In this document: positions 36,690 through 45,495 of the stretch, piece by piece
Layout: every line of letters begins with the position of its first letter
How positions within the stretch are numbered: the stretch's first letter is position 1
From: Nemertoderma westbladi
Lineage: Eukaryota; Animalia; Xenacoelomorpha
Reading direction: 5' to 3'
Length of the DNA: 45,495 nucleotides
NCBI GenBank assembly: GCA_032718475.1
Contig: JAUCBJ010002367.1
Span: 1-45,495, forward strand
The notes under the pieces: generated by a model
What the model was told of the DNA's origin: nothing
Databases searched by the model: none
Seen by the model: the letters and a program-made list of their open reading frames with translations, nothing else
Position numbers and translations under genes: made by a program

Positions 36690-39140
36690 TGTTGTTTTCA
36701 AATTAGCAGATACTGTAATTCCGCTATTATCCTTCTACAAGAAACTCTAAATCAGGAACTCTATTACCTAAACTCGGTTTCTGGAGACTTCTTTAGCGTG
36801 GGTTCCTCTCCAGTTGATTATAACAATGGAATCCTATACAGCCGGCCCTACGGAGGGCTAGCAGTGTTGTGGCTAAGGAGTCTGGGAACAGATTGTGTAA
36901 CTACTGTACATTGGATGACTCATATCCCCGTTTAATGGTTTTTGGTGTTTCTCAGCTAAAGGGTAAAGATTTTATTCTTCTGAACATACATCTTCCCTAT
37001 GAGAATCCCAAAGGCCTGTAAGAGTACATGGACTACCTAGCTAAAGTAATATTTGTAGCTGAAGCCACCGACAACCATGATATACGCATTATGGGAGACT
37101 TCAAGGAATACCCTACTAGGCGGTTTTTAAAGAGCTTCTATATTCGTGTTCAGAAGTTGGTTTGACCATTTTAGATAATCCCAGACTCCTTGCTGAAACG
37201 TTCACATTTGTTTTCTCGGCGAACAACTCTATATCGTGTTTAGACCATTGCGTTTGTAGGGGCAGCATGTGCGATCTCATTACTGTAGTAACATCACTGT
37301 TGACTACAGTATACTGTTACTTTCAATGATCATTTACCTATGTTAGTGGATGTGGTTACCATGGCTACAGGTGAACCAGATCCAAGTTTGGACGTATCAA
37401 GCGAAAATCGGGAAAAACGGCCTCCTACTCCTTGCTGGAAAAAGCTTCGTCTGAAAAAGCCTTGCTTTATTTAATATCTCTAGTTACGGCGCCCATTATG
37501 AGCATCTCCTGGCAGATATTGCGGTACTGCATGAAGCATTCCAATGCAGAGAACCATGTTGTGGAAATGAGGATTAGCGATATTAAGAACTTCTACTAAA
37601 CTCCAGCATTGTAAACTCAAGGCATCATGCAGCTTTTACTTGTATTCCAACTAAGAAGAATGAAGATGGAGTGAGAAACGACACACACAATGTTCCAGGG
37701 TGGAATGATCAAGTTGAGAATCTTCACCGTGTTGCCCGGGAAGCTTTTCTAGATTGGGTGTAACCAGAGTGCAGTTTAAACGGCGCCTCTGGTTCATTAA
37801 ACGTAACTCTGATAAATTGTAATTTAGTAAATAATTGAATAATGTGCGTCTCACGAATCAAAACCGGGTACTACCATCCTCGTCTATAGGTGGCGTTACT
37901 GGCGCTCCGAATAATGCTAACATGTGGGGGTACCACTGCCAAGGAATATTTAACACGGATTATGTACGAAGAACCACAATCGGCCGATCCGGCTCCAGCA
38001 GCAACTGAACTTAATTTTGAGTTCAATAAAATATTGTATGACATTGAAATGAATTTCACTTGTGAAGAGGTAGCTGCGGCACTTCGTAAACTGGATCTAA
38101 ACACCGCCGCAGGGCCAGATCATTTAGTGGATGAGCACCTACGTTACTCGGGAAATATACTCCCAGTCTATTTGTCACTACTTCAGCTCATGCAATGTGC
38201 ACAGCTTTATTCCGAAAGATTTAATATCCTCGGTTATATCTCCAATCCTGAAGGATAAATGTGGCGATATCAAGGATAAAAGTAATTATCGGCTGATTGC
38301 AGTATTGTGTGCAAGCTCTTTGAATTATTGATTTTATTTAGAATGGAGCCGATATTTACTACAACTAATAATCAGTTCGGATTCAAGAAGAAACAAAAGG
38401 ATTCAGACTTCCAAACCGGAGGTCACCTGTTCGATCCTATCTGGACGTCATTGCCGACTTTGGAAAAAGCTGTGCCCAAGAAAAAGTTATAAGAACAATC
38501 AAACAATCATGGCACTGAGCTCTGTACATACTGTACATATGCTCTGAAGGAGATAATAAATCATTATTTGAATCACGGGTGCAATGTGTACTGGGTATCT
38601 GTTTTTAGACGCCTCTAAAAGGTCTTTGATAGTATTCATCATTCGATATTATTCTTAAAACTTGTAAATAGTAAAGATCCATTTATTTCCATTAAGTTCC
38701 ATTTATTGTTCGTATTTTAGCTTGTAAGCTTACTAAGGTTCCACCTTGGTGTAGTGGTTGCATTGAATTCACATCTCCCGTAGGTCGTGGGTTCGATCCT
38801 CACATGGGCCAGGGCAGTTTTCGTTTCGGTATGAATGCTTTAAAGGGACCAGCCAGGGCGCATCTCTGCCTTGCATCCTTAAGTGGTAGCTAAATGAGTA
38901 CTGGAGTTTCCTCTGGGGAGTAAAGTTCTGGGGGGACCGCACTGGAAATAAGTCGTCAGACTTTGTGCGTAATCCCTTATTTTATAAATTATCTAAGCCA
39001 AGACCTAACACTTCCGAACTTGGCTGTTTATTAGATGGTACAGTTACGGTGGTTAATCAGTTAATTTGTGCCGACGATATCTGTATAATTTCTATTAATC
39101 CTTGTGCTCTTCAATCTTTAGTCGATTTATTAAGTTGCTT
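36690..39140 (+). pseudogene. Heavily degraded non-LTR retrotransposon ORF2 (APE endonuclease plus RT); clade uncertain (RTEX- or CR1/L2-like)
   Basis: Ordered motif remnants: IILLQET (~36726), RPYGGLAVLW (~36845), IMGDF (~37090), LDH (~37240), DHLP (~37328), AAGPD...EHL (~38105), PILKDK.GD....NYR (~38245), QFGFKK (~38373), FLDASK.FD (~38603), ADD (~39070). Confidence 0.8.
38737..38960 (+). mobile_element. tRNA-derived SINE with a Deu/Nin-type central domain (truncated; 3' end uncertain)
   Basis: Pol III A box TGGTGTAGTGG at 38747-38757 and B box GGTTCGATCC at 38790-38799. CTCTGCCTTGCATCCTT..GTGGTAGCTAAATGAGTAC (38864-38901) resembles the Nin/Deu core GCCTTTCATCCTT...GGT.GATAAA.TGAGTAC, recalled from memory. 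Confidence 0.65.
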
Positions 39141-39502
39141 CCTTGTATTTTAGTACAAGGTAACGGCAGATATTCCAGCGCATGTCAGTCTGTCTGTGAC
39201 GCGGTAACGCCGCAATGTGGCTTCGCCGTTGAACTAGTCCCACCATTCGTGGACAGAGTACAGTAAACCGTTTTGCCCCACTTCTCATTACATTTGTGTT
39301 TTATCCGTTGTGCTTTATTTTTTACACAAAATAACAATTTAGGTGATTAATTATCGCTCTGTCTAGTATTTTCGCGGTGTAGGCGTGAAGTAAAATTATT
39401 TAGCATAATGGTTTCAACATTAATTTTATATAAATAAATCAACATCGGTGCTCATGGATTCCGAGTTAATCAGTACATCGAGTCTAAGAGAACAATAATG
39501 GA

Positions 39503-42500
39503 AAAAAGGGTTCAATAGGTCAAAGTGAACAACAGCCATGTCAAAGGGTTCAAAATCCACGTCATCGGGTACAAATGTTATAGAAAGGGTACAACAGGAC
39601 AAAGTGAACAACAGCCATGTCAAAGGGTTCAAGATCCGCGTCAAAGGGTACAAATGTTATAGAAAGGGAACAACAGTACAAAGTGAACAACAGCCATGTC
39701 AAAGGGTTCAAGATCCGCGTCAAAGGGTACAAATGTTATAGAAAGGGTACAACAGTACAAAGTGAACAACAGCCATGTCAAAGGGTTCAAGATCCGCGTC
39801 AAAGGATACAAATGTTATAGAAAGGGTACAACAGTACAAAGTGAACAACAGCCATGTCAAAGGGTTCAAGATCCGCGTCAAAGGGTACAAATGTTATAGA
39901 AAGGGAACAACAGCACAAAGTGAACAACAGCCATGTCAAAGTGTTCAAAATCCACATAAAAGGGTATAAATGTTATAGAAAGGGAACAACAGCACAAAGT
40001 GAACAACAGCCATGTCAAAGGGTTCAAAATCCACGTCATCGGGTACAAATGTTATAGAAAGGGTACAACAGGACAAAGTGAACAACAGCCATGTCAAAGG
40101 GCTAAAAATCCACGTCAAAGGGTACAAATGTTATATAAGGGGAACAACAGGACAAAGTGAACAACAGCCATGTCAAAGGGTTCAAAATCCACGTCAAAGG
40201 GTACAAATGTTATAAAAGGGTACAACAGTACAAAGTGAACAACAGCCTTGTCAAAGGGTTCAAAATCCACGTCAAAGGGTACAAATGTTATAGAAAGGGA
40301 ACAACAGTACAAAGTGAACAACAGCCATGTCAAAGGGTTCAAAATCCACGTCAAAGGGTAAAAAATGTTATAGAAAGGGAACAACAGGACAAAGTGAACA
40401 ACAGCCATGTCAAAGAGTTCAAAATCCACATAAAAGGGTATAAATGTTATAGAAAGTGTACAACAGGACAAAGTGAACAACAGCCATGTCAAAGGGCTAA
40501 AAATCCACGTCAAAGGGTACAAATGTTATAGAAGGGGAACAACAGGACAAAGTGAACAACAGCCATGTCAAAGGGTTCAAAATCCACGTCAAAGGGTACA
40601 AATGTTAAAGAAAGGGAACAACAGGACAAAGTGAACAACAGCCATGTCAAAGGGTTCAAAATCCACGTCAAAGGGTACAAATGTTATAGAAAGGGAACAA
40701 CAGGACAAAGTGAACAACAGCCATGTCAAAGGGTTCAAAATCCACGTCAAAGGGTACAAATGTTATAGAAAGGGAACAACAGGACAAAGTGAACAACAGC
40801 CATGTCAAAGGGTTCAAAATCCACATAAAAGGGTATAAATGTTATAGAAAGTGTACAACAGGACAAAGTGAACAACAGCCATGTCAAAGGGCTAAAAATC
40901 CACGTCAAATGGTACAAATGTTATAGAAAGGGAACAACAGGACAAAGTGAACAACAGCCATGTCAAAGGGTTCAAAATCCACATAAAAGGGTATAAATGT
41001 TATAGAAAGGGTACAACAGGACAAAGTGAGCAACAGCCATGTCAAAGGGTTCAAAATCCACATAAAAGGGTATAAATGTTATAGAAAGTGTACAACAGGA
41101 CAAAGTGTACAACAGCCATGTCAAAGGGCTAAAAATCCACGTCAAAGGGTACAAATGTTATAGAAGGGGAACAACAGGACAAAGTGAACAACAGCCATGT
41201 CAAAGGGTTCAAAATCCACGTCAAAGGGTACAAATGTTAAAGAAAGGGAACAACAGGACAAAGTGAACAACAGCCATGTCAAAGGGTTCAAAATCCACGT
41301 CAAAGGGTAGAAATGTTATAGAAAGGGAACAACAGGACAAAGTGAACAACAGCCATGTCAAAGGGTTCAAAATCCACGTCAAATGGTACAAATGTTATAG
41401 AAAGGGAACAACAGTACAAAGTGAACAACAGCCTTGTCAAAGGGTTCAAAATCCACGTCAAAGGGTACAAATGTTATAGAAAGGGAACAACAGTACAAAG
41501 TGAACAACAGCCATGTCAAAGGGTTCAAAATCCACGTCAAAGGGTAAAAAATGTTATAGAAAGGGAACAACAGGACAAAGTGAACAACAGCCATGTCAAA
41601 GAGTTCAAAATCCACGTCAAAGGGTACAAATGTTATAGAAAGGGAACAACAGGACAAAGTGAACAACAGCCATGTCAAAGGGTTCAAAATCCACGTCAAA
41701 TGGTACAAATGTTATAGAAAGGGAACAACAGTACAAAGTGAACAACAGCCTTGTCAAAGGGTTCAAAATCCACGTCAAAGGGTACAAATGTTATAGAAAG
41801 GGAACAACAGTACAAAGTGAACAACAGCCATGTCAAAGGGTTCAAAATCCACGTCAAAGGGTACAAATGTTATAGAAAGGGAACAACAGTACAAAGTGAA
41901 CAACAGCCATGTCAAAGAGTTCAAAATCCACGTCAAATGGTACAAATGTTATAGAAAGGGAACAACAGTACAAAGTGAACAACAGCCTTGTCAAAGGGTT
42001 CAAAATCCACGTCAAAGGGTACAAATGTTATAGAAAGGGAACAACAGTACAAAGTGAACAGCAGCCATGTCAAAGGGTTCAAAATCCACGTCAAAGGGTA
42101 AAAAATATTATAGAAAGGGAACAACAGGACAAAGTGAACAACAGCCATGTCAAAGAGTTCAAAATCCACGTCAAAGGGTACAAATGTTATAGAAAGGGAA
42201 CAACAGGACAAAGTGAACAACAGCCATGTCAAAGGGTTCAAAATCCACGTCAAATGGTACAAATGTTATAGAAAGGGAACAACAGTACAAAGTGAACAAC
42301 AGCCTTGTCAAAGGGTTCAAAATCCACGTCAAAGGGTACAAATGTTATAGAAAGGGAACAACAGTACAAAGTGAACAACAGCCATGTCAAAGGGTTCAAA
42401 ATCCACGTCAAAGGGTACAAATGTTATAGAAAGGGAACAACAGTACAAAGTGAACAACAGCCATGTCAAAGAGTTCAAAATCCACGTCAAAGGGTACAAA

Positions 42501-42850
42501 TGTTATAGAAAGGGAACAACAGGACAAAGTGAACAACAGCCATGTCAAAGTGTTCAAAATCCACGTCAAAGGGTACAAATGTTATAGAAAGGGAACAACA
42601 GGACAAAGTGAACAACAGCCATGTCAAAGGGTTCAAAATCCACGTCAAAGGGTACAAATGTTATAGAAAGGGAACAACAGTACAAAGTGAACAACAGCCA
42701 TCTCAAAGAGTTCAAAATCCACGTCAAAGGGTACAAATGTTATAGAAAGGGAACAACAGGACAAAGTGAACAACAGCCATGTCAAAGTGATCAAAATCCA
42801 CGTCAAAGGGTACAAATGTTATAGAAAGGGAACAACAGGACAAAGTGAAC
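39503..42850. repeat. 79-bp tandem array (~42 units), each unit built of four 19-21-bp subrepeats
   Basis: Consensus GTCAAAGGGTTCAAAATCCAC-GTCAAAGGGTACAAATGTTA-TAGAAAGGGAACAACAGGA-CAAAGTGAACAACAGCCAT; ORF-track starts recur every 79 bp. Confidence 0.97.
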
Positions 42851-43059
42851 TTAACATGGATTTTTATACGGTATGAAACTCGCTGGTTACAGTAGTGGCG
42901 GCCTCAACGCTAATTAACGGCCCTTCCGGCCTAGATGGCAATAATGTCATAAATTCCGCTAAATTTCTTAGATTATGACAGAAGGTTAGGGTTACATGAC
43001 AGTTTTAATATTTAAAGACAGTTACCACAATAATAGACGAACTACAGTTCATAACCGCC

Positions 43060-43270
43060 TTGTTTGTACCCTTTCATGTTGTACCCTTTGATACATTTTT
43101 TTTGTACCCTTTGACGTCCTGTTTTGTACTCTTTGAGGCGTGGTTTTTGTACCCATTGATGTTGTATCCTCGGAGTCGGTTTTTTGTACCCTTTGACGTC
43201 TTGTTTTGTACCCTTTGACGCCTGTTTTTGTACCCTTTGTCTCGTTGTACCCTTTCATATTGTACCCTTT
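43060..43270 (-). repeat. About ten degenerate ~20-bp repeats (TTTGTACCCTTTGAC), the reverse complement of the satellite subunit core
   Basis: Directly visible; reverse complement is GTCAAAGGGTACAAA. Confidence 0.85.
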
Positions 43271-43759
43271 AACTCATTTTTTCGACCTGTTACGGTATAT
43301 GGCGCTGTATCCACATTATTGGTCGTTGTACTGTATGCAGTATTAGTCCGTTATGCAGTATGCAATATTAGTCCGTTATACTGTACGTAATATTAGTCCG
43401 TTGTGCAGCGTGATATTTTAGATAAGGCATAATAACGCAGTGGTATTTAGGTAGGGAAATCAAAACGCCCATATATTTGAAACCATCCATTTTGTATAGT
43501 ATGTAGCCCTACCTACGTAATTTTGTATTAGGATATGTAGACAGTTCCAGGGTAGCGAGTTTATTCGGACCCTGGATTTTGTGCTTACTGATATTAGTTT
43601 GATAGGGCTAGCATAGGGACGCCGTCCTGGCCATTCAGCAGCCAGAGACGTGAACCATTACCATATATGGTAATAATTTGAGGGAATAGGGCTACAATCC
43701 GGCCTCCTTATTGGACTAGCTGCTTCCAGGTTGGTCTAGTGCTAGCACGGACTGGAGAG

Positions 43760-43817
43760 CCAATAGGAGAGCGATTGAGTCACCCTATTGCATCATCCCA
43801 CTCGGATCACCTATAAA
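43760..43817 (+). promoter_or_regulatory. Possible Pol II core promoter (CCAAT plus TATAAA), perhaps in the LTR or leader of another element
   Basis: CCAAT at 43760-43764 and TATAAA at 43812-43817; no ORF or second LTR in the window. Confidence 0.25.
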
Positions 43818-45495
43818 TTGACGGCGTGCCGGTAGAACCCCACGTGACACCCCACTTATTGCTGTTGTACTTGCTGAGCTGTCCCTATGTATTTTTTGAC
43901 TGATTTTCTGCAATTTGCTAATTTTGATTAGTTTCTTAAAATAATTCGAGTGCGATTATTCTTGCTTGTGTTTCTCAATTAATTCCTGTCGATTACTGCT
44001 AATTACAACTGAACTATGATTTCTACCTTTTGATTAATGGTTCTACGTGATTCCTTTCTGAGCAATAATCCTAAGGGATTTCTGAGACTGTCAGACTTTG
44101 TGATTTGCATGCGCCGCTACGGTAGCTATTAGCATAATGGAGGGCTAAGGTGCCAGTAGGCGGTGGGCGCATCGGGGGGTTGGGCGACGAAGGGAGAGCG
44201 GAGGATTCAAAGGCGGGCAACGCTGGCGGGGGGTCAACGTTGCGGTCGGGCGATTTGGACTGTAGGTTGGAGACCGCTCGCTGGTACAGTAATTAGGGGG
44301 CTGATGATCCAAGGTTTTGTCTCTATTTAGTATTAGGGGGGCAGGAATTGGGTTAGTTAGGAGGCCTAGATGTACCCGGGAGGGGCCTGCATACCTTACA
44401 GTAAGTAAGTAAATGGGTAAGTACGTAAGTAAGTTGCGAATTATATAATTGCAGATTGTATAATTGCAAGTCGTGCTATTGTGATCTGTGATTGCTGACT
44501 CTGATTGATGTGTTACTAAAGTGTGCCTAAGATTACGAATGCTTAGATAGGCGCTCTTTTCCCTTTGATTGATTTCTATCTCTTAGTTTACTGTAAATAA
44601 TTACTGATTAGGTCAAAGTAATACAGTATTTTAGGCTGTTACATATTTGTGACTGTAATTAATTAGTAAAATTAAGAATTAGTACGCAGCATAGCGGAGA
44701 GTAGCTAAGGTAATAATTAGAGTACCGTAAACTATTCACGCTGAGCGGTTATTTGAATTAGCGGGCAATAAACTAGATCGCAATAGTCAGTACGCAAGAC
44801 ACTAGTAAGTTGCTGGCCTAAAGCCAGCTGCAGGCAAGTTTAGACCCAGAGCGGTATCACCTACGAAAGACATTGTACTGTACCAATTTTGATTATTTTA
44901 AATATTCTCGCATTCACACATTCCGTTAGGAAACCCTCAGTATTCGCGATTAGAAAAGACGTAAGCATCTTGGCGTATTTCAGTAGTAAAATTACAGTAA
45001 GAATATACTCTGAGTGCAAAGCCCCTCGCACTCGTCTTAAGTAAGCTTAGGGAGCCGACTCGGGTTTATTGTTTTGGTTATTCCCGCGTGGCTCATAGAT
45101 TCGAACAGTTAGCTCTCTATCGAGCGATCGGTAGAGAAAGGAACAAGCGATTTTGCAGGAGTTGTGTAAAATTAGTAAAATATATTAGCGGACGGCAGAT
45201 TAGCGCCATCCAACGGTAAGTAGCGGTTTTGTATTTAGCAACCTTTACAATTTAGTAATAGCACACTCCTGATCCCCTTTACTTAACAGTAGAGCAGTCT
45301 TTGTGCCTTATTGGTTAGGCGAGAGCTCATTAGGTTGGCAGAGAGGTATACGGGTATTTGTCTGTTCAACAGTTCTGCTGTTAGTATAGGTGTCGCGGTT
45401 GTTTATCAGTAATACGCGTGTTATTGGCTGTTGCTTGCGGCAGTCAATAGTGTATTCTTAGGCTGATAGTAGTATCACAGTATTAAGTAATAAGT

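Noticed and set aside
38392-38500. ~110-bp insertion splitting the LINE QFGFKK/HGTE motif
   Set aside because: Probably a real small insertion, but too short to classify and the TSD is ambiguous.
38737-38810. tRNA gene
   Set aside because: A and B boxes are present, but there is no convincing cloverleaf and it runs into a SINE core domain.
39503-42850. CRISPR array or repeat-protein genes (many 64-135 aa ORFs)
   Set aside because: Units are wholly repeated with no unique spacers and there are no cas genes; the ORFs are artefacts of a 79-bp period cycling through reading frames.

Overview
This is repeat-dense eukaryotic (probably invertebrate animal) DNA with no recognisable host gene. Bases ~1240-35042 hold three nested copies of one large BEL/Pao LTR retrotransposon family. 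Copy C (minus strand, 17670-35042) has copy A abutting inside its 3' LTR, and copy B (4408-16715, CTTTC TSD, two 1193-bp LTRs) sits inside A's 3' LTR. The family has two unusual properties. First, there is no tRNA-type primer-binding site; instead the 11 nt directly after the 5' LTR are the reverse complement of an 11-nt site inside the LTR, with three compensatory substitutions between copies B and C, which suggests Tf1-like self-priming in a BEL/Pao element. Second, a multi-kb sense-strand accessory coding region lies between pol and the 3' LTR, with synonymous-biased divergence, three extra zinc knuckles and a second PPT-like site upstream. Also present are an inverted Penelope-like fragment (1-1240), a 5'-truncated RTE LINE with a 13-bp TSD inside C's gag, an old degraded APE-RT LINE containing a tRNA-derived Deu/Nin-domain SINE, and a ~42-copy 79-bp tandem array with inverted subunit copies downstream. 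All assignments come from motif recognition and manual alignment; no searches were run.
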